Origin: an uncultured Chthonomonadaceae bacterium
GTDB taxonomy: Bacteria; Armatimonadota; Chthonomonadetes; Chthonomonadales; Chthonomonadaceae
DNA length: 64,000 bases
Direction: 5' to 3'
NCBI GenBank assembly: GCA_963817895.1
Contig: CAWFQB010000001.1
Coordinates: forward strand, 1,152,001 to 1,216,000
Positions 9,099-21,140 of this stretch are shown in pieces. A program made the translations under genes and the position numbers. The notes beneath the pieces are model-generated. The model was given only the letters and a program-made list of their open reading frames with translations. It was not told the DNA's origin and searched no databases. Position 1 is the stretch's first letter. Each line of letters begins with the position of its first letter.

Positions 9099-10588
9099 TT
9101 ACGCGAGAATATCCTTGACGACATTGCCTGCGACATCGGTCAGGCGGTAGTTGCGGCTGTTGAAGTGGTACGTCAGGCGGGTATGGTCAATGCCGAGCAG
9201 GTGCAGAATGGTGGCGTGCAGGTCGTTGACGCTGACGCGGTTCACCGTCGCCTTGTGGCCCAATTCGTCGGTTTCGCCGTAGTGGACGCCGCCCTTGACG
9301 CCGCCGCCCGCCATCCAGGTCGTGAAGGCGTGCGGGTTGTGGTCGCGGCCCGTGCCGCCCTTCTGCACAAGCGGCAGCCGCCCGAACTCGCCGCACCAGA
9401 TCACGAGCGTATCTTCCAGCAGGCCGCGCTGTTTCAGGTCGGTCAGCAGGCCGGCGATCGGCGTGTCGGTTTCGCCCGCGAACTGGCGATGGTTGTCGCC
9501 GATGTTGCTATGCCCGTCCCAGCTCTTCTCGTTCTCCTCGCCGCCGCTGTAGATCTGCACGAAGCGGACGCCCCGCTCCACCATGCGCCGCGCCATCAGG
9601 CACTGCTTGCCGAAATGGGCGCAGCGCTTGTCGTCCAGGCCGTACAGTTTTTGAATTTCGGGCGATTCTTTTGCGAAGTCGAGCGCTTCCGGCGCGGCCA
9701 TCTGCATCCGGTACGCCAGTTCAAACGACTGGATACGCGCCGCCAATTCCGCATCCGCCTGGTTCTGTTCCAGATGCGCGTGGTTCAGTTTCGCCAGCAG
9801 GTCCTAGTTGGGCGCGCTGCTGCGCGTCCGTCATCTGGTCTGCGCGGGCCAGGTTGTTGATGGGCGCGCCCTGCGCGTTCAGCGCGGTTCCCTGATACAC
9901 GCCGGGCAGAAAGCCCGCGCCCCAGTTCTGCGCGTAGCCTTTGGGCAGGCCGCGCCCCAGCGTATCGTACATCACCACGAAACCGGGCAGATTCTGGCTT
10001 GACCGACCCCAGCCCATACGTGACCCACGCGCCCACGCTCGGAAAGCCCATGCGGTTCATGCCCGTGTTGATTTCAAACAGGGCGGGCGAATGGTTGTTG
10101 GTTTCCGTGTAGCAGGAGTGGATGAACGCCATGTCGTCTACATGCTGCGCCATGCCCGGAAAAATCTCCGAGGCCCACGTTCCCGATTGCCCGTGCTGCG
10201 CGAACTTGAACGGCGACTTCATGATCGGCCCGACCTGATCCACGAAGAACCCCGTATCTTTGTCGAAGCCTTTGAGTTCCTGCCCATCGTGCTTTGCAAG
10301 TTCCGGCTTGTAGTCCCACGTATCCACCTGCGACGGCCCGCCGTTCATAAACAGCCAGATCACGCTTTTGGCGCGGGCGGGGAAGTGGCCGGGATGAGGC
10401 GCGAGGGGATTCAGGGAGTTGGGTGTTGGGTGTTGGGTGTTGGGAACGGAGGCGGCTTTCGCGCCGTGCTGATCCATGAGCGCGGACAGGGCCAACATGC
10501 CGAAGCCGGAACCGGTCAGGCGCAGAAAATCCCGGCGGGACGAATACGCGCGGTTGGGCGATGCGAATAGATGTGGGTGGTTCTTCAT
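9099..10588 (-). CDS. DUF1501 family (sulfatase-like, Tat signal) protein, frameshifted
   Basis: SRRDFL Tat motif, AKSVIWLFMNGGPSQVDTWDYKP, GEFGRLP..GRDHNP. Split over three ORFs. Confidence 0.9.
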
Positions 10589-10599
10589 GTTCTTCCTCT

Positions 10600-10656
10600 T
10601 ACGCGAATTGCGTAATGCTGTACGCAAATTGCGTAATGCTGTACGCAAATTGCGTA
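10600..10656. repeat. Three tandem 15-bp near-palindromes TACGC(G/A)AATTGCGTA with 21-bp period
   Basis: Copies at 10600, 10621 and 10642, separated by ATGCTG. Confidence 0.85.
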
Positions 10657-10665
10657 CAAAGATAC

Positions 10666-11025
10666 CTATCGTGGCATGTTAAATCTTATCAAGTCATGGC
10701 CTGTGATTTCTTCACCTACTAACTTGTGCTCGAAAAGCGCGCGATAGTCTGATCGCCGTCCATCAGGGAATTTGCGCTCGAAGCGGCTTATGTCCTCCCA
10801 AAAAATATTCTCATCAAAACTATGCATGTCCGCTGCAATGTAAAACGCCAGATTGTGAAAGGCGTGTACCCGCGCGAAAGAGATTCGCATATAGCGAATT
10901 TGATAACGCCAGTAGCGCGGTGTCGTCCACGACAAGCCAAAGCCAAAAATGCCTAAATCGTATTTCAAGTGCAGCAGAGCCGCGCAAAGCAGAATGATAT
11001 AGGCTTGTTTGCGTTGTTCTTCCAT
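10666..11025 (-). CDS. Hypothetical protein (AT-richer, inserted in the operon)
   Basis: 119-aa ORF co-oriented between the DUF1553 and DUF1501 genes. No recognised motif. Confidence 0.6.
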   Translation of the reverse strand: MEEQRKQAYIILLCAALLHLKYDLGIFGFGLSWTTPRYWRYQIRYMRISFARVHAFHNLAFYIAADMHSFDENIFWEDISRFERKFPDGRRSDYRALFEHKLVGEEITGHDLIRFNMPR

Positions 11026-11089
11026 GTCCTTGTTCGCGTCAGAAGTATATCCAGCATTTTACCTTTGATGCATATTTGATTTGTACAAC

Positions 11090-14000
11090 TTACTCCACGT
11101 ACACGAATTCGTTCAGGCCGAAGAGCGCCTGACAGAAATCTGTTAAGGCCAGTTGGGGCGCGTTATTCTGGCCCTGCGTCTGGTAGGAAGCGGTTTGCTG
11201 TTCCAAAAAGGCGAGGGAGTCGGTTAGTTCGGCGGGTGAGGGCGCGCGGCTCAGGGCGAGAAGATAGGCGGCGCGGACGGCTTCGGCGCGGGGCGTTTGG
11301 TCGTTGGGCGCGGCGCGGTTGGCGAGTTGAACGGCGTATTGGCGCGCGTTGGGGCTGTTCATCAGCATCAGGGCTTGCGGCGCAACGGTTGTCACCTGCC
11401 GCGCCCCGATGCTTTGCAGCGAGTCGGGGCCGTCGAACAGGCGCAGCGTGGGAATCAGACGGCTGCGCTTGATGGTGAAATAGATGCTGCGGCGCGTCAT
11501 GCTCTCGTCCAGCGTACCCGGCCCGAACATCGTGGTATCCAGCAGGCCGGAAACGCTCAACATGTTATCGCGGACGATTTCAGCCTCCATGCGCTGACGC
11601 GGATGCTGCCACACCAGTTTGTTGTCCGGGTCCAGTTTCTGGTTTATTAGATTGGATTGGGAGGCTTGCCGGTACGCCGCGCTGCACAGCATCAGTTTGT
11701 GAAGGGGCTTTAACTGCCAGTTGTTTCTAATCAATTCGCTCGCCAGCCAGTCCAGCAGTTCGGGATGCGTGGGTTTGTCGCCCTGCGTGCCGAAGTCGGA
11801 CGGCGTGGAAACGATTCCCCTGCCGAAGTGGTGCTGCCAGAGCCGGTTCACGATTACCCGCGCCAGCAGCCCGCCGGCCCCGCTGTCTACGTCTGTCATC
11901 CAGTCGGCAAGGGCGCGGCGGCGATACGAGGTATGCCAGCCCGAAGGTGGCGGCGTTTGCCAGTGTTTTTCATCCTGCCCGTCGCGCATCAGAACCTGTA
12001 AAAACGACTGCGTTGCTACGCCCTGCTTCTGGTTCGGGTCGCCGCGCTTGAGGAAATATGTTTGTTCCAGAAAGTCGCCGCCCTGCGTGTGCGTCCGAAT
12101 GGCGGCAACCCCTTCACTGCACACCATCATTTTTACGATGTTCGGTTTGGGCGCAAGCGCGAGATGGGTTTGTATGCTTTTATCGCGCTCCTGCCAGCCC
12201 GCGTCGCGTGTCCGATACCACGCCAGTAGCGCGGTTTGATCCTGCGCGTCAAGAGTTTGCCCCGCGTTCAATGCTGCCAACGCGCTGTCTGCCTGCGCGG
12301 AACGTATGGGCGCGTTGAGCGCGAGCGGTTCTGAAACTGTGGAAAGCGACAGGCGCGGACGCCCGATGTTATGGCCCGCATTGTTCTCGAATTTCAGCGT
12401 TACGGTCAGAACTGCGCCGCCGACACAACCAACCGGCGTATCGAACTCGAACGCGGCGGCATGGTCTTTGCCGAACTGCGGATCAACCGCCCACGCCAGT
12501 TTGGAACCGGAGTCGATCACGGCGGCAATGGGCAGGTCCTTTTGCTCGAAGGTGGCGCGGGGGGAATGAAGTTTAATTTCAACGGGCGCGGCAGTCTTGT
12601 CCGCGGACGCGGCAAACACGCGCAGGCTGGTCAGGGCGAAGTTGCCGTTCGGGGCGCGTCCCGGCCCTTTGACCGCAGTGAGGGATCGGCTAAGGCTTCC
12701 AGTCGCAGGCCGGTGATGTGTTTCAGGTTGGCGCGAACCACAAAGGTATAGGTATCAAAGTCCGGGTTTTTGCCGGTTGCCAGTAAAGAACCATCCGGTT
12801 GCGGCGTGAACGTCGCGCCGCCAGCGGAGTTAGCGCTGACCATTTCCGGCAACAGCCATGCGGCGGGAAGGCTTTTGCCTGCGGGCATTTTGATCCACGC
12901 TTCAAGTTTTGCGGCAGTTGTTCCCGCTCGTAGCGCGGCAATTCGGCGGCAAGCGGCGCGTGTTCCGCATCGAATTTCGCTTTGGCCTGCTTGTAACCTG
13001 CCGGGTCTATATCCACGTCCATGTCGCTGCGAACGGTCGTGGTGAAGGTGGACAGCAGGCGATAGTAGTCTTGATTGGGAATGGGGTCGTACTTGTGGTT
13101 GTGGCAGCGGGCGCAGCCGACTGTCAGGCCGAGCATGGCAACGCCCGTTGTGGCCGTCATGTCGTCAAGTTCGTCGTAGCGCTCTTTTTCCACCTGATTT
13201 TTGGTGATCTGCGTGGCGTGCGTGCCTGCGCCCAGAAAGCCGGTCGCCATCAGCGCGAGGGGATTGTCGGGCGCGATCTCATCCCCGGCAAGCTGCCACT
13301 GCACAAACTGATTGTACGGCATGTCCTGATTGAGCGCCTTGATAACGAAATCGCGATAGTGGTAGGCGTACGGGCGGTCATAATCCTGCTCGTAGCCGTG
13401 ACTCTCGGCAAAGCGCGCCAGATCGAGCCAGTGCCGCCCCCAACGTTCGCCATAGTGCGGGCTTGCCAGCAGGCGATCCACCATCTGCTCGTAAGCGTTG
13501 GGATTCTATCGTTGACGAACGCTTCCACTTCCTGCGGCGTGGGCGGCAGGCCAATCACGTCGAAATACGCGCGGCGAATCAGGACGCGCTTTTCCGCCTG
13601 CGGGTTGGGCGCGATATGGTTCTGTTCCAGTTTGCTGAGAACAAAGCGGTCTATAGGGTTGCGGCACCTGTTTGCGTTTTTGACGTTGGGGACGGGCGTG
13701 GCCTTCAACGGCTGAAACGCCCAGTGCTTTCGCCCCTGCGCAATGTCCATGCCGCCCGGAGTAACAGGGGAAGCAGAAAGTTTTGCTCCCGGAACTGCCG
13801 CGCCATTCGGCTTTTCGCCGATACGCGGGTCGGGAGCGCCACGCTTCACCCATTCCGTCAGCAGCGCGATCTCTTTTTCTGACAGTTTGCCCATAGGCGG
13901 CATGGCCGCAATTCCCGGCTGATGCCGGACAGCCTGAATCAAGCGGCTTTTGTCCGCATCTCCCGGCAGGATAACCGCCCCGTTCGCGCTTCCCCGCATC

Positions 14001-14221
14001 CATCCCGCCCGCGTGTCCAGACGCAGCCCGCCCTGCGCTGTAGCGCTTTTGGCGGAGTGGCAGGCGTAGCATTTTTCCGCCAGCAACGGGCGAATATTCT
14101 GCTCGAAGAAAGCCGCGTTTTGGGGTTCAAGAGGCGTGGTGGGATGGATCGCAGGCGGCGCGGCCCATACCGAACATACCGGCAACAGAGCCGTAATGGT
14201 TACAAGCAGACGGATATTCAT
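11090..14221 (-). CDS. Planctomycete cytochrome c / DUF1549 / DUF1553 (PSCyt-PSD1) protein, frameshifted
   Basis: CYACH heme motif, [59 protein letters not shown]. Split over four ORFs. Confidence 0.9.
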
Positions 14222-14231
14222 AGGCGTAAAT

Positions 14232-14630
14232 TTATGCTACCAGAAGCGAATTAATCATTTTGCGGGTTTGCTCATCCGCAAAGATGCCTCGCAGGTCGTG
14301 TTCCAGTTCTTCCTGATTACTGCATTTGTAATAAGGCGCTTGCCCTTCATCATTGACGGCGAGGATGAAGTTGACTTCTGCGGGATAAAGCTGGCTTTTC
14401 CGGTGTACCACTTCCAGTAATCTATGGCTATACCCCCCCGGCTCAGGCGTCTGCAAATCGAAATAATGACTGACCTTGCCGCCCTGTTCCGGGCGCGTGT
14501 AAATACGGGCCTCCACACGTCCGTTTGTGCGCTTACGCAAAGCATCTGCCTGTTCACGCAAAACGAGCGCCGGGGAGGTTTCCTCAGAAACTACCAAATC
14601 CGGCGGCCAGAGATCAACGCTGGATGTCAT
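14232..14630 (-). CDS. Hypothetical protein downstream of the EEP nuclease
   Basis: 132 aa with AGGAG RBS. DLWP..P..VLREQA..L..RT pattern. Confidence 0.75.
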   Translation of the reverse strand: MTSSVDLWPPDLVVSEETSPALVLREQADALRKRTNGRVEARIYTRPEQGGKVSHYFDLQTPEPGGYSHRLLEVVHRKSQLYPAEVNFILAVNDEGQAPYYKCSNQEELEHDLRGIFADEQTRKMINSLLVA

Positions 14631-14645
14631 AATCCATTATCTCCT

Positions 14646-15503
14646 TTACAGATTCAATTTAATCAAAATGGGGAGGTGATCTGAAACCGCTCGTTTTCGC
14701 GGCCTTCCTGTGGTCGTCACCAGTTGAGTATTACCGGCAACAGTCAAAATGTGAAGATCACGCTCATCGAAGTGAGCGAACAACGGTGGACGCAGGAGAA
14801 CCTGATCGTAGATTTGCCAGTAGTGTTCATCTTCTTCCCCATCCCAATAGTATGTCCCTGCGGGAACGCCATTTGTTTCGCCAAAGTGTCCCCACATTGG
14901 ATTATAAAAGCGCGTGTACATGCCATTCTGTTCGTCCCGCTTTGCCAGTGCCAGAGTTCGAGTCATTACGCCCTGCAATGCTCCTGTCACTTCCGGTTCA
15001 TAAGGATTCACGTTGAGGTCGCCAATGAGTAACGTTCGTTGATGTTGAAGCGATTGCTCCGCAACGCGAATATTGTGCGCCATTCCCGCGCAATATTGCG
15101 AACGCCTAAAAGAGGTGCGACTGCTGGACTTGTACGGCAGATGCGCAGCCACAAGCAAAAAGTCGGAATGATGTAGCGTTTTCACCTCCCGCACTGTATA
15201 ACGCGCGTCACTGGCTTTTGGGATTGGTAAACAACTGTTTGGATAGGGAGTGAATATCCGAATTTTGTCGCAAATACCGTCTGATTCTGCCTCGGTAAAA
15301 CTTTGTCCGGTCGCTATTTGCAAGCTAGCAGTGACTTCCACAGCAGGCAATTGCAGTTCGGCAAAAACTAAGACATCAATCTCGTGCATTGCGGTCAAAG
15401 CGACAATAGCATCACAAATGCAACGCAGACGGCGCTGAGAAGCCAGCGATAGATGTTTCGCATCGCGGTCATGACGCACATTCCAAAATAACAGAGTCAG
15501 CAT
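14646..15503 (-). CDS. Endonuclease/exonuclease/phosphatase (EEP) family protein
   Basis: LLFWNV, DVLVFAE, AAHL, LIGDLNVNP, YDQVLL and SDHLPI motifs. Confidence 0.88.
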   Translation of the reverse strand: MLTLLFWNVRHDRDAKHLSLASQRRLRCICDAIVALTAMHEIDVLVFAELQLPAVEVTASLQIATGQSFTEAESDGICDKIRIFTPYPNSCLPIPKASDARYTVREVKTLHHSDFLLVAAHLPYKSSSRTSFRRSQYCAGMAHNIRVAEQSLQHQRTLLIGDLNVNPYEPEVTGALQGVMTRTLALAKRDEQNGMYTRFYNPMWGHFGETNGVPAGTYYWDGEEDEHYWQIYDQVLLRPPLFAHFDERDLHILTVAGNTQLVTTTGRPRKRAVSDHLPILIKLNL

Positions 15504-15822
15504 TGATTTCTCGGCGGGTCACATCCATAGCGTTGTAACTATTATATCCTATCTATGCGCTACGCCGATGATAAATGTTGTGGAGGGATGCCGCGACATA
15601 AGAGAAGCGGGGCGTGGATGCAAAGCAGGAAACTTTCTGGTTTGCTTGCGCGTCTTTGAGTTTAAGTACATGATTGTTACCCTGTGAGGACGCTGAAGGC
15701 GCGAAGAAAATATTTGCATTTTGCTGCCCGATGCAGGATACTATTAGTACCAAAGTGTTCTAAAATATGCGAGTGCGCCTTGCAGCGCGGGAACGCCGGT
15801 TTGCCCTTGAGGGAGAACAACC

Positions 15823-16104
15823 ATGAACAAAGAGACCCCTGTTTTGATGATAACCTTGCAGATACCGGTACAGGCCGACACCGAGGCCGGACAGATTCTG
15901 GACGCGTTCGGCCCGCAGCTTGCCGAAGCTCTGCGCCAGATCAAGGAGCAGCAGTCCGCCGAAGAAGCCAAAGCGGAATTGGAACTCGATCCCGAAGCCA
16001 TTCCGCAGGCGGAATTCAACGCTTCCGTTGTGAAAGAGATGCAGGAGAGCTACTCTGACAACACCAAAACGGATTTGCTGGCGACGCTCGGATATAAGGT
16101 TTGA
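15823..16104 (+). CDS. Small acidic hypothetical protein
   Basis: GAGGGAG RBS, followed by a terminator hairpin. Confidence 0.7.
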   Translation: MNKETPVLMITLQIPVQADTEAGQILDAFGPQLAEALRQIKEQQSAEEAKAELELDPEAIPQAEFNASVVKEMQESYSDNTKTDLLATLGYKV

Positions 16105-16143
16105 GACAGTATCCGGCAGTTTATATAACGCTTGTTTGTGTCC

Positions 16144-16180
16144 ACAGCCCCGGTTGCGAAAAGCGACCGGGGTTGTTTGT
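16144..16180 (+). terminator. Intrinsic terminator
   Basis: ACAGCCCCGGTTGC-gaaaa-GCGACCGGGGTTGT followed by TTGT. Confidence 0.65.
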
Positions 16181-16211
16181 ATGCCGAAGTTACGCGATTT
16201 TCATGGCAAAA

Positions 16212-16240
16212 TTGCGTCTGCGGATTTTGCGCAGTATAAT
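16212..16240 (+). promoter_or_regulatory. Sigma70-type promoter of the TPR gene
   Basis: TTGCGT, 17-nt spacer, TATAAT. Confidence 0.55.
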
Positions 16241-16353
16241 GAGGCCAGACCGTTTTTGAGCAATACCGGGTTTGGCAATGCTGAACCGCGAATGTTTCCG
16301 GCCTGAATGCCTGCAAGGATGTCGGCGGGCCGTGAACGCAAGGAGTAATATTT

Positions 16354-17971
16354 ATGTTTGACCGCGCATCGCGCTTATCTGCTGCCGGAATTTATAAACC
16401 CCGCGTTTTGGGTTGCAGGCGTTCCCCCTTTATATCGGGCGCGCTGCTGCTGACCTGTGGCCTGTTGTTATCCGCGCCCCTGCTGCCTGCCCATGCGGAT
16501 ACGGCGCGGGAGCATTTCGAACTGGGCGTCAAAGCGTATAACAGCAGCAAAATGGACGACGCCCTGGCCGAGTTCCAGAAGGCGCACGAACTGTCGCCCA
16601 AAGAACCCACATCGCTGTTCTGGATCGGGTTCATCTATCTACAGCAACGGCACTATCAGGAAGCCCTTCAGCCCACGCTCGACGCGGTGGCCCTGCGCCC
16701 CAACATGGCGGACGGCCACCTCAATCTTGGCAACATCTATGACGGCCTGAAACAGTATCCCGAAGCCACCAGAGAGTTCGAGACGGCCATCAAACTGGAA
16801 CCCAAAATGCCGCGTCTTGCAGACGCTTATTACAATTTGGGCAGCCTGGATTTGAAGATGGATCGCAAAGCGGAAGCTCTGGCCGCGTTCCAGAAAGCGG
16901 TTGCCATCGCGCCCGGCGATTCTTACGCGCAGGACGGCCTGGGCTATGCCTATCAGATTACGGGCAACTATGCCGCCGCTATTCCCGCGCATCAGGCCGC
17001 CACGCGCCTGACTGCCCAACAACGCGAATTTCTGGCTGAATCTGGGAATGGCGCAGCAGAACGCGGCCCACAAGCAGTTGGAGTCCAGAAACGGGGCGGA
17101 CCGCGACGGCGGGACAAATCCTGCTGACGGCGGCGCAAACTTCGCTGGCGCAGGCGCAAAAACTCGCGCCGGAAGATTACACCATTCGCGCCACTTATGG
17201 CGAAGCGCTGTACGAAGCGAAACAGGATGAGGAGGCGTCCGCGCAGTTCCGAAAAGCCGCGCAATTACGCCCTACTGAGGTCAAGCCGCTGTACAATCTG
17301 GCCCTGGCGCAGTCGCGCTTGAAGCATTACGAGGCCGCAGAAGAGGCGTACCGGGGCGTTTTGAAGATTGACCCGAACAACATCGGCGGCTTGCAGGGGT
17401 TGGGAGCCACGCAGTACAATCGCAAGCAATATGACGAGGCCGCGCTCACGTTTCAGAAACTGACTACGCTGAAACCGGGAAGCGCGTCGGCCTGGGCGGA
17501 TTACAGCCTGTCGCTGGAAAACGCCGGCAAGAGCGAGGAAGCCGCGTCTGTTCTGGAAGAATCGCTGAATCATGTGGGAGACGGCCCCGCTTCCGCTCCC
17601 CTGCGCCTGTCTATGGGCGTACACCTGTTCAAAAAGGGTGATGATGTCAGCGTGACGCGGGCGCGCGATCTGTTTGCGCAGGTGGCGCAAGCCAGCCCGA
17701 ATAATGCCGACGCTTACAATGGCCTGGGACTGGTCGCGCAAAAACAGCGCAAGTACGACGACGCCATTACCAACTTTACCAAAGCCACCACGCTGAACCC
17801 GAAGTTCGCGGATGCTTTCAACAATCTCGGCGTCGCCTACGAAGCCAAAGGCGACCTGCCACACGCCATTGCCGCCTGCCGCAAAGCCACGCAAATAGAC
17901 CCGAACAATGCCTGGCAAAAGACAACCTGACGCGCATGACAACGAAGGGAGCCGCGCCGCCGAAGGGATAG
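16354..17971 (+). CDS. Secreted TPR-repeat protein, frameshifted
   Basis: Signal peptide (PAHA) and repeated AYYNLG/AFNNLG TPR units across ORFs 16354..17127 and 17319..17930. Indels near 17020 and 17910, so the end is approximate. Confidence 0.85.
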
Positions 17972-18139
17972 AAAAGGAGAAAAGGAGAAGAGGAGAAAAG
18001 GAGAAATAGACAGGATTAACAAGATTTTCAGGATTAAACAGGATTCTCCTATAATCGAGTTTACATGTTTGCTCGCTCTTACTACTGTCCTGTATTGGAG
18101 TTCTCCTCTTCTCCTTTTCTCCTTTTCTCCTTTTCTTCT

Positions 18140-18140
<1 letters not shown>
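17971..18140. repeat. Composite short tandem repeat block between convergent genes
   Basis: (GAAAAGGA)n, then ACAGGATT-type repeats, then inverted (TCCTTTTC)n. Confidence 0.8.
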
Positions 18141-19528
<1,388 letters not shown>

Positions 19529-19538
19529 AGTCGTTTCC

Positions 19539-20819
19539 TTACAAAGTCAATCCAGATTTACATGTGCGGGCTGAATAAAAGTACGCGAACGTCAGCGCGA
19601 AAATACAGAAGAGCAGGGCGCCTGCGAAGATAGTTCCGACAACGTAGAGAAAAATCATCTGCGCGGCGCGTTCCCGCGCGTCGTCTTCCAGCACATTCGC
19701 GCACTGTTCCAGCATGGAACCTAACTCGCCCGTCATTTCTCCTGTTCGGACGGTGTTGATCATCTCGCCTTTGAGCAAGCCGACCTGCGCCAGGCTGTCG
19801 CCCAGACTGACTCCGTTGCGGGCCGACTGCGCGGCCTGGCTCAAAATCTGCTCGTAGTGCGCGTTGCGAGTGCTGCGTCCTGCCGCTTCCAGAGCGGAAC
19901 TGATGGGGACGCCGCAGTTCCACAGCGCCTCGAACGTCCGCGACCATTGCGCCCCCCCGATTTGCCGCCGTGCGTATCCGAACCCCGCCCCCGTCAGTTT
20001 CATCTTGGACAACGGGACATTTTTGGTTCTGCGCCCTGCCAGTTTGTGCCGGAACTTCCAGCTCAACACGCTCAACCCCAGCATTGCCGTACAAAACAGC
20101 GTGTACGGAATCAGCGGATTGGCGCACACAAAGAAAATTATCACCATCCCGATAATCATAATCGCGCCGAGGACAAGCGGCAGCATGAAACCGGGGTTGA
20201 GGGCGGTGTATTCAAATTTTGTCTGGTTGGTCGCCAGTTTTTGCAGAGCTTTGGCGGTCTGCCGCGCCGCGTTTTCCGCCGTGCCATAAATCAGGCCGTG
20301 TTCAAAAATGGGAACTACGATGTCGGGCAGTTGATCCTGATTGGCTTTGAGCGCGTCGGTCAGCGTCGCGCCATTCTCGACGCGGGCCGCAATGTCCGCG
20401 AACACGTATTGCAGTTCGGAATTTGAATTTTGGGCGGACTGCCGCAGCGCGTCGCCCATTGCCATACCCGACGCAAGGGCGTAGCTAAACGTTTCAAAAA
20501 CATCGGCATGCCACTGATAAGGCCCGCCGTCGCCATTGACAACGTGTTCCAGAACGCGCCGCCGCTTTTGTTCTTCCCGGTTTTTGGCGATGGCTTCGGC
20601 AACCTGCGCTTTCACGGCAAGCATTTCCGCTGTGGGCGGCAGGGCAACAATGGCGTTGGGGTTGCGCGTGGCGATGGACGCGGTCTGCTGCGCCTGCGTT
20701 TCCGGCGCGCGCAGTTCTCGCGTGACAATCTCGCCCGCCTCCTGTGTTACTGAAGGGCGCGCGTTCAGCAGGGGCGCATCGAGCGTTTCGGTTTGTTCGG
20801 TTTCCAGAGATCGGCGCAC
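19539..20819 (-). CDS. Type II secretion system F / PilC family protein
   Basis: Two T2SSF-like domains (LASGMAMGDAL..VENGATLTDAL and GVPISSALE..GVSLGDSL..GEMTGELGSML) with TM helices. Confidence 0.8.
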   Translation of the reverse strand: MRRSLETEQTETLDAPLLNARPSVTQEAGEIVTRELRAPETQAQQTASIATRNPNAIVALPPTAEMLAVKAQVAEAIAKNREEQKRRRVLEHVVNGDGGPYQWHADVFETFSYALASGMAMGDALRQSAQNSNSELQYVFADIAARVENGATLTDALKANQDQLPDIVVPIFEHGLIYGTAENAARQTAKALQKLATNQTKFEYTALNPGFMLPLVLGAIMIIGMVIIFFVCANPLIPYTLFCTAMLGLSVLSWKFRHKLAGRRTKNVPLSKMKLTGAGFGYARRQIGGAQWSRTFEALWNCGVPISSALEAAGRSTRNAHYEQILSQAAQSARNGVSLGDSLAQVGLLKGEMINTVRTGEMTGELGSMLEQCANVLEDDARERAAQMIFLYVVGTIFAGALLFCIFALTFAYFYSARTCKSGLTL

Positions 20820-20941
20820 GGGCGTTTGCTGCTTTCTTCACATCGTTGCGGAGCATGGACGAGACGGCTCTGTTCCTATTATGGCAGAACGAGTGTGATT
20901 GCCTTGTGGTTTCGCAATGTTGTCTCTTACCTTTGCGCAAA

Positions 20942-21043
20942 GAGCCTATCCCAATAGGCCGGGTACAAAGAACGTACCCGTCTGAGTGGCCTGCGGCCAA
21001 ACGTCCTTCGGACGCAAATGCAATCGCCTGTTGGGATAGGCTC
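20942..21043. mobile_element. MITE-like element with three-hairpin core (copy 2)
   Basis: TIRs GAGCCTATCCCAATAGG / CCTGTTGGGATAGGCTC. TAA on the right flank, AAA on the left. Confidence 0.8.
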
Positions 21044-21062
21044 TAAGACGGAATGGGTTTGT

Positions 21063-21140
21063 GAGCCTATCCCGATAAGTTCCCCTTCTCCCAACTTTGG
21101 GAGAAGGGGCCAGGGGTTGAGGGCCAGTTGGCATAGGTTC
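21063..21140. repeat. MITE-like shell carrying a CCCCTTCTCCC..GGGAGAAGGGG palindrome
   Basis: GAGCCTATCCC ... GGCATAGGTTC-TAA ends. The internal hairpin family recurs at 23101, 43567, 59322 and 63172. Confidence 0.7.

Noticed and set aside
10600..10656. Mini CRISPR array
   Set aside because: Spacers are 6 nt and identical, and there are no cas genes.
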